The translations under genes and the position numbers were made by a program. Positions 47,597-56,713 of a stretch of DNA of 64,000 bases are shown one piece after another. Source of the stretch: an uncultured Gammaproteobacteria bacterium (GTDB lineage Bacteria > Patescibacteriota > Patescibacteriia > Patescibacteriales > UBA12465); assembly GCA_964408775.1 (NCBI GenBank), contig CAYPAP010000001.1:89524-153523 (forward strand), given 5' to 3'. The notes beneath the pieces are model-generated. The model saw only the letters and a program-made list of their open reading frames with translations. It was not told the DNA's origin and made no database searches. Positions within the stretch are counted from its first letter, which is position 1. Every line of letters starts with the position of its first letter.

Positions 47597-47664
47597 CTAT
47601 TTAACATTATTATTATAACCCCAAAAAATGCTTTTGTAAATATTGGGTTTTAGCTGATTTGGGG
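47597..47664 (-). pseudogene. relic of a DGR RT 3' end (direct repeat of 43600-43667)
   Basis: The minus strand encodes ...NQLKPNIYKSIFWGYNNNVK*, compared with the RT C-terminus ...NQDIPSIYKSIFLSYDNSTQ*. The stop codons align at an offset of exactly 3,997 bp. The core aaaaaatgcttttgtaaata is identical in both copies. Confidence 0.65.
47612..47639 (-). promoter_or_regulatory. putative promoter for the DGR target gene
   Basis: Minus strand reads TTACAA, a 16-nt spacer, then TATAAT, 32 nt upstream of the ATG at 47580. This is an AT-rich context, so the support is weak. Confidence 0.3.
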
Positions 47665-47859
47665 GAAAGGAAAAAGAGCGCGTTTCTTGTGAAACAACGC
47701 TCTGGAAGTTTTTTTTGGATTTTCCAAAGTCTTAAAAGACTACGAAGAAGAAATCAATATTCTCAAAAAAAGAACCATTGATACCTTCTACAACATCCTC
47801 CAGGAACAAGAATCGTTGCTTCCCAAGAAATTAAGGAAAGTGATAAATTGATCCAAAAA

Positions 47860-47897
47860 AAATTAAAAAAAAACAGACCCCTAAACAACCAGGGTCT
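47860..47897 (-). terminator. intrinsic terminator after ruvA
   Basis: Minus strand reads AGACCC-TGGTTGTTTAG-GGGTCT followed by GTTTTTTTTTAATTTTTTTT. Confidence 0.6.
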
Positions 47898-47924
47898 TTT
47901 TAATTCTTTTCCTATACTCAAATA

Positions 47925-48503
47925 CTAATTCTTGGATAGCTTTTTCAAGGCCTCTCTAATACGCTGACCACTGTCAATAATATCCCTATCAACCTGATTA
48001 AGGGCTTCACGGGCTTCCGGCAAGGAATAGCCCAAAGCCATTAAAGCATCAATTTCATCGGCTGAAAAACTTCCGCCGCCGGACAAGTCATAGTCGCCAC
48101 CCATTTTAAATAATTTATCTTTTAACTCCAAAACAACTCGCTCAGCAATTTTTTTGCCGATACCAGACACCTTGGTTAATAAATGCGAATCGCCTCGGAC
48201 GATTGACTCTTTAATGTCGGATAATTTTGCAATAGCTAAAACTGATATAGCTGATTTGGGACCAATGCCGGAAATGGAAATTAATAATTCAAAAAAGTCT
48301 AACTCTTCTAAGGTTTTAAAACCGTATAAATCCAAGGCCTCTTCTCTAACGTATTGATGGGTGAATAATTGTAGTTCTTGGCCAACTTTTAATTCGTTTA
48401 AGAAATTTTCGCCAACAAAAACACTGTAGCCGATATTATTAACCTCCACTATTACTGTGTTTTTTAATTTGTAGGAAATTATTCCTTTTAGATATGAAAT
48501 CAT
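47925..48503 (-). CDS. ruvA: Holliday junction DNA helicase subunit RuvA
   Basis: MISYLKGIISYK...IGYSVFV...GIGPKSAISVL...VSGIGKKIAERVVLELK. I chose the start at Met14 of the track ORF because the upstream 13 codons lie in a hairpin. Confidence 0.85.
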   Translation of the reverse strand: MISYLKGIISYKLKNTVIVEVNNIGYSVFVGENFLNELKVGQELQLFTHQYVREEALDLYGFKTLEELDFFELLISISGIGPKSAISVLAIAKLSDIKESIVRGDSHLLTKVSGIGKKIAERVVLELKDKLFKMGGDYDLSGGGSFSADEIDALMALGYSLPEAREALNQVDRDIIDSGQRIREALKKLSKN

Positions 48504-48540
48504 ACAATTTATCACACTTTTTTTAACAAAAAAAGTGTGC

Positions 48541-48611
48541 AAAAAAACTTAGCGAACTAAAAAATTTTGGATTACTCATTATGAAACCTAGCAAAATTTT
48601 TTAATGTTCGC
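48541..48611 (-). terminator. putative terminator after the U32 peptidase gene
   Basis: Imperfect 18-20-bp inverted repeat GCGAACATTAAAAAATTTTG...CAAAATTTTTTAGTTCGC (minus strand), followed by TAAGTTTTTTT. Confidence 0.45.
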
Positions 48612-48666
48612 GAAAAAATATTAAAATAATTACATTCTCAAATTATAGAAAAGAACAAAGGGGGCA

Positions 48667-49905
48667 TTAAACAACTAATCTTCTCAAAACAGACAATTCT
48701 GGGATTTTTTTGTTTGATAGGATTTCTAAAATAATCTCCTGTCCCCCACCGCCACCATGGGCTTCGTTTATTGCTTGCTTGGTTTTGGTGTCTAACATCT
48801 CCTTTAAGTTCAATTTTATTATATCATAATTTGGCAAAATTATCTCTACTTTATCACCAACCTTAATGGTATTATGAACCTTAACCTTTAAAACATTGAA
48901 AAACTTAGTCCCTTTTTTCTTAACCTGACTTTCCAAAACCTGCCCACAAAACTCCCAATCGGGAATAAAATGAGAATTTTTAACATTCTGCTCAGCCTTT
49001 TTCCCTAATAAAAATCCAGTGGTATAACCACGATGAGTTATTTTGTTAAGTAACTCTTTGTACAAAAAATTTATTTTCTTAGGATTTTCTATAGCCTGCT
49101 TATAAATACCGACGATATTAGCTAAATAATAAACACTCTTAGCTCGGCCCTCAATTTTAAAACTAGCAACCCCGGCTTTTATTAGATCCGGTAAACTTTT
49201 TATTAAACATAAATCCTTGGAATTCAATAAATATGAACCGTGCTCCTCCTTGACCAGCTCCAATTCTTCAGAGTGCCCCTTAGCTTTGATAAAAACATCA
49301 TACTCCCAACGACAAGGCTGAACACAATCACCCAAATTAGCACTGCGATCAATAAAATCCTTGGACAGAAAACAACGCCCCGAATATGACATACACATAG
49401 CCCCATGAATAAAATATTCTAATTCCATTTTAGGACATTTTTTATGAATTTCTTTTATCTCCGACAAAGTTACTTCGCGACCTAAAATTATTCGTCGAAC
49501 CCCTTGCTTTTGCCAGAACTTAACCGCCTCATAATTAGTGCAATTAGCCTGAGTAGATAAATGAATATCAATTTTAGGACAATGTTTTTTAACTAAGGCT
49601 AAAATTCCTGGATCAGAAATTATTAAAGCATCTGGCTTTAGTTTATTTAATAGACTTAAATATTTAGGTAATTTTTTAATATGATCGTTATGGGCAAAAA
49701 TATTTATTGTAACATAAACTTTTTTCTTTTTACTATGAGCATAGGAAATTGCCTCAGCTAAAGTTTTTAAATTAAAATCATTAATGCGAACTCTTAAAGA
49801 AAAATCAGGTATACCCAAATAGACCGCATCAGCCCCATGAGCTAAAGCGGTCTTCATTTTCAAAAAATTTCCAGCCGGAGCTAATAGCTCTATTTTCTTA
49901 GACAT
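48667..49905 (-). CDS. peptidase U32 family protein
   Basis: 412 aa. ELLAPAGNFLKMKTALAHGADAVYLG, and conserved Cys residues (...CMSYSGRCFLS...CVQPCRW). Confidence 0.85.
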   Translation of the reverse strand: MSKKIELLAPAGNFLKMKTALAHGADAVYLGIPDFSLRVRINDFNLKTLAEAISYAHSKKKKVYVTINIFAHNDHIKKLPKYLSLLNKLKPDALIISDPGILALVKKHCPKIDIHLSTQANCTNYEAVKFWQKQGVRRIILGREVTLSEIKEIHKKCPKMELEYFIHGAMCMSYSGRCFLSKDFIDRSANLGDCVQPCRWEYDVFIKAKGHSEELELVKEEHGSYLLNSKDLCLIKSLPDLIKAGVASFKIEGRAKSVYYLANIVGIYKQAIENPKKINFLYKELLNKITHRGYTTGFLLGKKAEQNVKNSHFIPDWEFCGQVLESQVKKKGTKFFNVLKVKVHNTIKVGDKVEIILPNYDIIKLNLKEMLDTKTKQAINEAHGGGGGQEIILEILSNKKIPELSVLRRLVV

Positions 49906-49907
49906 AA

Positions 49908-50858
49908 TTATTTAAATCTTTTTATTCTAATTAATCCACCCAGCGGAACAACCTCTACACCCTTTTTCTCAATTTCATCTAAAAACAAATTCATCCCCAG
50001 AGAATCAGAGGCCATATGACCAGCAATAATAACGTTAATGTGGTGCTTTTCGGCTTCTTTGCGATGTTCTTCGTGCATATGCATCCCAATAATAGTCCCT
50101 ATTCCATACTGAGACATTTTTTCATAAACATCCTTGGAGCCAGAGGTTCCCCCAGTAAATTCAGTAACAACAATTTTGCCACAACGACTATCAGGACTGC
50201 CAGCAAAAAGCATGGGACCAGCTTTTATTTTTCTAGCTTCAGAATACTCGGGTATCTCGTGTAGTAAATTTAAAACGTCTTCTACATATTCTAGGTCTTT
50301 TTCTTTTTTGTTAATTAAATCAAATATAAATTTAGCACTTAAATTATCGGCCGTGGTATGAGTGCATATATAATCTAATTTTAAAATTTTAGCCATATCA
50401 ACAAAACGATTATGATTGGCACCGGAAACACTACGACCCACCTCGCTAACCCGAAGCTTGGTAATAGACTCAGCAATATTAATAGGCAAACCATACATAG
50501 CCAAAACTTCAGCTTGCAAATCCATAACGCTATGGAGATCAGCCAGACCCACTCCTTCAGGATGATGAGAAATAACTAAGTCAGCTTGTAACTCCTTGGC
50601 TAATAATAATTCGGCTCCCTCAGCATCAATCCCAGCAATAATTTTTTTGATATTTTTTTTATTATTGTCAACCAAAATTCTAGAATCACTATAAGGATTG
50701 CTTAATTTTTCCTGATCAAAAGATTTTTGCTCTTCTTTTCTTAGTTTATCAAATTTATCTTTTTGCCTTTTTAAATATTTCAAAACCTGAGACTTGCCTC
50801 GCAAGTCAGATTTTATTCCTAAATCAACAGCTAAATTATAAATTTCTTTAGTAGTCAT
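49908..50858 (-). CDS. NIF3-family (GTP cyclohydrolase 1 type 2 homologue) metal-binding protein
   Basis: 316 aa. ...DLVISHHPEG... and ...IIAGHMASD... Confidence 0.65.
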   Translation of the reverse strand: MTTKEIYNLAVDLGIKSDLRGKSQVLKYLKRQKDKFDKLRKEEQKSFDQEKLSNPYSDSRILVDNNKKNIKKIIAGIDAEGAELLLAKELQADLVISHHPEGVGLADLHSVMDLQAEVLAMYGLPINIAESITKLRVSEVGRSVSGANHNRFVDMAKILKLDYICTHTTADNLSAKFIFDLINKKEKDLEYVEDVLNLLHEIPEYSEARKIKAGPMLFAGSPDSRCGKIVVTEFTGGTSGSKDVYEKMSQYGIGTIIGMHMHEEHRKEAEKHHINVIIAGHMASDSLGMNLFLDEIEKKGVEVVPLGGLIRIKRFK

Positions 50859-50862
50859 AATT

Positions 50863-51912
50863 TTATTTTTTATAAATAATATTTTTATTAGAAAAATAAT
50901 TTCTATTACTAAAATATTTATCGGTTCTGCTAATAATTTTATTCATCATGGCCACTGTATCCACTGGATAAGCGCCAATGGCCGTTTCATCGGATAACAT
51001 TACAGCGTCAGCTCCATCAAATATGGCATTAGCGACATCGCTAACTTCAGCTCTAGTCGGGCGATAATGATCAACCATAGAAGCCATCATTTGTGTTGCT
51101 ACAATTGCAGGTTTATCATGCCAATGAGAATGACGAATTAGATTTTTTTGAATAATAGGCAAATCTTCCAACGGAACTTCTATGCCTAAATCGCCACGAG
51201 CTATCATAATAGCGTCAGATTCCCTGATAATACTATCAATATTTTCCAAAGCAATACCTCGCTCAATTTTAGAAATTATTTTAATATTTTCATCCTTGAG
51301 AGATTTTCTCACCTTGGCAACGTCCTCGGCCCTCTGAGTAAAAGACAGGGCTATAAAATCTGGCTTAACCTTTCTAGCAAACTTTATATCTAACAAATCT
51401 TTAGCTGTTAAGATGTCCCTCTTTAAAATTGTCTTAGGAACATTGACCCCTTTACGAGAAAGAAGCAATCCTCCTCTTTCCACCTTAGCAGAAAATCTTT
51501 TTTTTAATAAATTTATTTCCGTTACTCTTAATTCAATGGAACCATTGTCTAAAAATATCGGATCATCTAATTTTAAATCGTTGATTAACTCCAGGTCATC
51601 AATTGGCACCTCCAAGTTATCAATATTCCCCTTATTGTGCATAAAAACATAAGTCTCTCCATCAAGCATCTCTATTTCATGCTTTAGTTTTCCAATTCTA
51701 ATTCTTGGTCCTTGTAAATCAAAAATGATTTTAATATCTAAATTTAATTCAGCGTTTAACTTGTCAATATTTTCTTTAATTTTGTAATACTGTTCATAAC
51801 TAGCGTGAGAAAAGTTTAATCTAACCATGTCCAGGCCGTTTATTGCCATGGCCTTTAAAATACTATAATCTTCCGACTTTGGTCCAATTGTAGCAATTAT
51901 CTTAGTGTCCAT
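50863..51912 (-). CDS. pyk: pyruvate kinase (short; lacks the C-terminal regulatory domain)
   Basis: 349 aa. KIIATIGPKS...MVRLNFSH...MIARGDLGIEVP...ATQMMASM. Confidence 0.85.
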   Translation of the reverse strand: MDTKIIATIGPKSEDYSILKAMAINGLDMVRLNFSHASYEQYYKIKENIDKLNAELNLDIKIIFDLQGPRIRIGKLKHEIEMLDGETYVFMHNKGNIDNLEVPIDDLELINDLKLDDPIFLDNGSIELRVTEINLLKKRFSAKVERGGLLLSRKGVNVPKTILKRDILTAKDLLDIKFARKVKPDFIALSFTQRAEDVAKVRKSLKDENIKIISKIERGIALENIDSIIRESDAIMIARGDLGIEVPLEDLPIIQKNLIRHSHWHDKPAIVATQMMASMVDHYRPTRAEVSDVANAIFDGADAVMLSDETAIGAYPVDTVAMMNKIISRTDKYFSNRNYFSNKNIIYKK

Positions 51913-51930
51913 TTTATTATTATTAATTTA

Positions 51931-52830
51931 TTAATTTTTAATTCCTCGCAGAGCTTTAATTCTATCCTCCACTGGAGGATGAGTCATAAAGGCCTTGGCC
52001 AGAAACCCACTTTTCTTCTTTTCTTTTAGTGGTGAGGCAATATATAGATGAGCGGTGGCCCGATTTACGGTCTTGAGCTTATGTGGATCTGAGGAAATCT
52101 TTTCTAGAGCTCGAGCTAATCCCTCGGGATAACGAGTCATTAAAGCCCCATCAGCATCAGCCAAAAACTCCCTTTTACGAGAAATAGCAAACTGCATCAT
52201 GTAAGCAAAAAACGGTGCTAAAATAGCAAAAACTATAGCCACAATAATAATAACAGCTCCGCCTTTATTATTGTCTCTAGATCGTCCGCCACCAGAAAAA
52301 AAAGCCCAACGACTAAACCAGTCAGCTAATAAAACTATCATACCAACTAAAACCGTTACTAGGGTTGCCAACAGAATATCATAATTCTTAATATGCGATA
52401 ATTCATGAGCAATAACCCCCTCCAATTCACTTCTATCTAACCTCTCTAAAAGACCAGTGGTAACAGCAATAACAGCGTTTTTAGGATTCCTGCCGGTAGC
52501 GAAGGCATTAGGGGCCGGATCATTAATGATATATATTTTTGGTAAAGGGAGCCCCGAACTGATGCATAAATTCTCCACTAAACGATACAGCTCTTTGTTC
52601 TCTTCAAATTTCAATTCCTTAGCATTACTCATTTTTAAAACTATTTTATCACTAAACCAATAAGCAATAAAAGATGAGATAATCGAAAAACCAACTACTA
52701 TATACAGAATCATAGAGTTTTCCATTGCTACGCTAAAGACATAACCAACTATCATAGCAAAAACCAAAAACCCGGTAAACAAAAACCAAGTTTTTCTTTT
52801 ATTTTTATCGCTATTGTTGTATAGAGTCAT
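51931..52830 (-). CDS. htpX: M48-family zinc protease HtpX
   Basis: HELSHIKNYD (HExxH) with 4 TM segments. I chose the start at Met14 of the track ORF. Confidence 0.85.
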   Translation of the reverse strand: MTLYNNSDKNKRKTWFLFTGFLVFAMIVGYVFSVAMENSMILYIVVGFSIISSFIAYWFSDKIVLKMSNAKELKFEENKELYRLVENLCISSGLPLPKIYIINDPAPNAFATGRNPKNAVIAVTTGLLERLDRSELEGVIAHELSHIKNYDILLATLVTVLVGMIVLLADWFSRWAFFSGGGRSRDNNKGGAVIIIVAIVFAILAPFFAYMMQFAISRKREFLADADGALMTRYPEGLARALEKISSDPHKLKTVNRATAHLYIASPLKEKKKSGFLAKAFMTHPPVEDRIKALRGIKN

Positions 52831-52912
52831 ATATTTTAAATTGCCTTGCTGATAAACAGAACAAGGCAATTATATTAAAAATATTATTTTTATTTTAATA
52901 AAAATTGCCCAA

Positions 52913-53062
52913 CTAATCCAAGAAAACCTTATAGGCAACTAAAGCAATAAAAACGGCGAAAATAATGATTCCGACAATAGGCCAAAGTAACGAAGCGCCA
53001 CCTCCAGCAGCACTCTCAGCCTGAGGCATAAAATTAGACCCCATAGGAATAGCTTGATTCAT
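52913..53062 (-). CDS. small single-pass membrane protein (49 aa), not in the ORF track
   Basis: Hand translation: MNQAIPMGSNFMPQAESAAGGGASLLWPIVGIIIFAVFIALVAYKVFLD*. It fills the lemA-htpX gap on the same strand. Confidence 0.4.
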   Translation of the reverse strand: MNQAIPMGSNFMPQAESAAGGGASLLWPIVGIIIFAVFIALVAYKVFLD

Positions 53063-53082
53063 AGATATTAAATTAAATTAAA

Positions 53083-53649
53083 TTAAAATTTAACTTCAAT
53101 GTTTTCTTTTTGCGCCGCCTCTTCAATTTCAAAAAATTGACGAGAAGAAAAGCCCAGTTGCTTAGCAATAATATTTGTTGGAAAAACCTGAACCTTAGTG
53201 TTAAAGTCGCGAACATTACCGTTATAAAAACGACGAGAAGCCTGAATTTTGTTTTCGGTATCGGCCAATTCTTTTTGCAGTTCTAGAAAGTTTTGGTTAG
53301 CTTTTAAATCGGGATAACTTTCACTAAGCGCAAAGATTGATTTTAGAGTTGAAGACAAAGCATTTTCTGCTTGTAATTTTCCTTCGATGTCAGAGCTGTT
53401 TTGCATTGACATAGCAGCGTTTCTAGCTTGGACTACTTTTTCTAAAGTTTCACGTTCATGAGAGGCGTAACCTTTAACGGTTTCCACTAAATTAGGAATT
53501 AAGTCATAACGTCTTTTAAGTTGGACATCAATATCACTCCAAGCTTCGTCAACTCGGTTTTTTAGACGAATTAAGCCGTTATACATAGAAATAAGGGCGA
53601 TGATAATAATTAGCACAATTGCTAAAATTATCCATAATACTGTGGACAT
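53083..53649 (-). CDS. lemA: LemA family protein
   Basis: 188 aa. N-terminal TM then ...YNGLIRLKNRVDEAWSDIDVQLKRRYDLIPNLVETVKGY. Confidence 0.85.
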   Translation of the reverse strand: MSTVLWIILAIVLIIIIALISMYNGLIRLKNRVDEAWSDIDVQLKRRYDLIPNLVETVKGYASHERETLEKVVQARNAAMSMQNSSDIEGKLQAENALSSTLKSIFALSESYPDLKANQNFLELQKELADTENKIQASRRFYNGNVRDFNTKVQVFPTNIIAKQLGFSSRQFFEIEEAAQKENIEVKF

Positions 53650-53787
53650 AGTTTTTTTATTAATTATTAAATCAGGTTTATTATAGCAAAAATTGACCCA
53701 GGATACAAGAGATGAATTGGATTAATATTTATGGCTGTTTTTTAAATAATTATAGATTCTGGTCGGTTGATAGTTCGCTGTCAACTA

Positions 53788-56709
53788 TCAGTTTAGGGCA
53801 ATTAACAACTCCCTATCATCAACTTTGACCTTTCTTCCCTCCTCTTCGGAAACGTCGCCCAAGCTAATATCGGAACTGAGGGTTTCTTTCTTAATATCTT
53901 CACTAAAATTACTTAAAACCTGCTTGATAAAATCATCAGAAGAGCTAATAATAACTTTAGCTTGATCATTTATAGACAATCCTAAATCTTTACGCATTAG
54001 GTTTATAAATCGAATCAACTCTCTCTTAGCCCCCTCTAATTTTAATTCCGGACTAATATTGGTATCAAGCTCCACTCTAATATCACCCTCTTCTTCCGCC
54101 ACTTCAATACTCTTGATATTTAATTCTTCTACTACCAACTCTAAATACTCTGTCTGATTGGCAATTTTTAAATCCTTGGCAAAAACCTTAGCCTCACCTA
54201 AAATTTGTCTAACCTTAATACCAGCCTTATCACGCTCAGCCAAACCTAGCTCTACAATTCTTCTGACCTCATTCATTTTATCTACAACCTCACTATCCCC
54301 CTCTCTGACCTGATAACTGGGCCAATTTTCTAGGTGAACACTCTTATCCGCCTGAGAATAATTAAGATCATTAACCTTCTGCCAAACATCTTCGGCTATA
54401 AAAGGCATAAAAGGGGCCATAACTTTAGATAAATTTAAGAAAACAAAACGCATCGTTGCCAGCGCTCTCTTTTTATCTTCTATATCATCGCCCTTCAAAC
54501 GATCACGACTACGACGTAAATACCAAGTAGAAAACTCATCGATAAACTCAGTAATCGGGCGCATAGCCTTGTTTAAATTATAGACTAACATCGACTCATC
54601 AACCGTTTTAATTAAATTATTAATTTTTATCATAATCCATAAATCTAACACATTTTCACTAGTCTCATATTTAGAAAAATCTGAATCACTCAAATCATCC
54701 TTATACATCTGATAAAAATTATAAATATTATTTAAGAGCATAATATTTTTACGCAGAGCTTCCTCCGTTCCTTTTTCGGCAAAATTAAAATTCTCAGCCC
54801 GAACCACTGGTGAAGAAAGTAAATAAGCGCGCAATGAATCGGCTCCGTATTTATCAATTATCATCATCGGATCGGGATAGTTTTGCAATCTCTTGGACAT
54901 TTTTTTACCATCTTCTGACAAAACCATGCCGTTAACAACTACATTTTTATAAGCATTTTTACCAAAAAGACCCACGGCGATAACATGGAGGTAGTAAAAC
55001 CAAGCTCTGGTCTGGTCAATGCCCTCGGCAATGAATTCAGCCGGAAAATTTTTCTCAAATTTTTCCTTATTAGCAAAGGGATAGTGAAGCTGAGCATAAG
55101 GCATCGAGCCACTCTCAAACCAACAATCTAAAACATCGGGAATTCTTTTCATTTGACCATCACAAACCGAACAAGGAAATTCAATTTTATCAACCACATC
55201 CTTATGAATGTCCTCTATTTTCTCACCACTAACGTCCTCTAATTCCTTAACGCTACCGAAAACTTTTCTCTCCCCGCAAGCGCACTCCCAAATTGGCATA
55301 GCACTAGCCCAAAATCTCTGACGAGATATAGACCAATCACGAGCACCTTCCAACCAATTACCAAAACGACCCTCCTTTAAATAATCAGGTGACCAATTTA
55401 TATTTTTAGCTTCGCGCAACAAATCATCTTTGATTTTAGTAACATTTACAAACCAAGAAGAAGTGGCATAGTTTATAAGCGGAGTATCACAGCGCCAACA
55501 ATGCGGATAACTATGTTCGTATTTAGCCTTGTCAAATAATAATTTTTTGCCTGCCAAATATTTAATAATTTCAATATCCGTTGACATATGATCACCACTG
55601 GGTTTTACATTCAACCCCTGAAAATCAGCAACTTCTTCTTTGAAATAACCGTCGATATTAAGATGCTGGATGAAAGGCAAATTATTTTCCTTACCTAAAT
55701 TCATATCATCCTGACCAAAGGCCGGAGCAATATGAACTACACCAGTCCCATCTTCAGTAGTAACAAAATCGGCTGGATAAATTTTCCAAGCATTTTCTTT
55801 TTTTTCAATTTTTTCATCATTAATATAATAATCAAATAATGGTTGATATTTTTTGCCCAATAGGTCGCCACCCTTAAATTCAGAAGTAACTTCATATTTT
55901 TTCTCTTTTAGAACATCGGCTAATCTTTCTTTGGCTAAAATATATTTTTCAGTATTTCCGTCCTCTTTAGTATGAGAAATTTTTATATAATCAATCTCCT
56001 CCCCCACAGCCAAGGCCACATTACCAATCAAGGTCCAAGGAGTGGTAGTCCAAGCCAAAACAAAAGTCCCCGGCTCATCTACTAATTCAAATTTAGCCGT
56101 ACAAGATAAATCCTTGATATCGGCATAACCTTCGGCTACCTCCGATTGAGATAAAGTAGTTTCGCATCGAGGGCAAACATGCATAGAGCGATGATCTTTA
56201 TAAATCAAGTCCTTATCCCATAAAGTTTTGAAAACCCACCAAATTGACTCCATAAAAGACAAGTCCATAGTATGATAAGCATTTTTTTGATCAACAAAAC
56301 GGCCCAATTTATCTGATGTCCTATACCATTCTTGAGAATATTCTAAAACCTTGGAACGACAGGTATGATTAAATTTATCAACTCCCATTTCTTCAATATC
56401 CTTTTTAGTTTTAATATTCATTTCCTTCTCGACAATATTTTCAATCGGTAGGCCATGACAATCCCAACCCCATTTTCTTTCTACTCGATAGCCCTTCATG
56501 GTAAAAAATCTTGGGAATACATCTTTCATAACTTTACCAACAATATGGCCGTAATGAGGCGTCCCCGTAGCAAAAGGCGGTCCATCATAAAAAACATAAT
56601 CTCCCTGGGGCGCATCTTTGTCAACCGACTTTTGAAAAATATTATTTTCTTGCCAGAAATTTAAAACAACCTCTTCCATTTTTATTTTTTTATCTTCTTT
56701 ATTTTCCAT
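53788..56709 (-). CDS. ileS: isoleucine--tRNA ligase (type 2-like)
   Basis: 973 aa. PPFATGTPHYGH, KMSKRL, and the editing domain. It ends in TGA. Confidence 0.9.
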   Translation of the reverse strand: MENKEDKKIKMEEVVLNFWQENNIFQKSVDKDAPQGDYVFYDGPPFATGTPHYGHIVGKVMKDVFPRFFTMKGYRVERKWGWDCHGLPIENIVEKEMNIKTKKDIEEMGVDKFNHTCRSKVLEYSQEWYRTSDKLGRFVDQKNAYHTMDLSFMESIWWVFKTLWDKDLIYKDHRSMHVCPRCETTLSQSEVAEGYADIKDLSCTAKFELVDEPGTFVLAWTTTPWTLIGNVALAVGEEIDYIKISHTKEDGNTEKYILAKERLADVLKEKKYEVTSEFKGGDLLGKKYQPLFDYYINDEKIEKKENAWKIYPADFVTTEDGTGVVHIAPAFGQDDMNLGKENNLPFIQHLNIDGYFKEEVADFQGLNVKPSGDHMSTDIEIIKYLAGKKLLFDKAKYEHSYPHCWRCDTPLINYATSSWFVNVTKIKDDLLREAKNINWSPDYLKEGRFGNWLEGARDWSISRQRFWASAMPIWECACGERKVFGSVKELEDVSGEKIEDIHKDVVDKIEFPCSVCDGQMKRIPDVLDCWFESGSMPYAQLHYPFANKEKFEKNFPAEFIAEGIDQTRAWFYYLHVIAVGLFGKNAYKNVVVNGMVLSEDGKKMSKRLQNYPDPMMIIDKYGADSLRAYLLSSPVVRAENFNFAEKGTEEALRKNIMLLNNIYNFYQMYKDDLSDSDFSKYETSENVLDLWIMIKINNLIKTVDESMLVYNLNKAMRPITEFIDEFSTWYLRRSRDRLKGDDIEDKKRALATMRFVFLNLSKVMAPFMPFIAEDVWQKVNDLNYSQADKSVHLENWPSYQVREGDSEVVDKMNEVRRIVELGLAERDKAGIKVRQILGEAKVFAKDLKIANQTEYLELVVEELNIKSIEVAEEEGDIRVELDTNISPELKLEGAKRELIRFINLMRKDLGLSINDQAKVIISSSDDFIKQVLSNFSEDIKKETLSSDISLGDVSEEEGRKVKVDDRELLIALN

Positions 56710-56713
56710 ATTT

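Larger units (their letters stand above)
43600..47664 (-). mobile_element. diversity-generating retroelement cassette (RT, avd, TR, target with VR, flanking repeat)
   Basis: See the component features. It is bounded by proS and ruvA. Confidence 0.85.
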
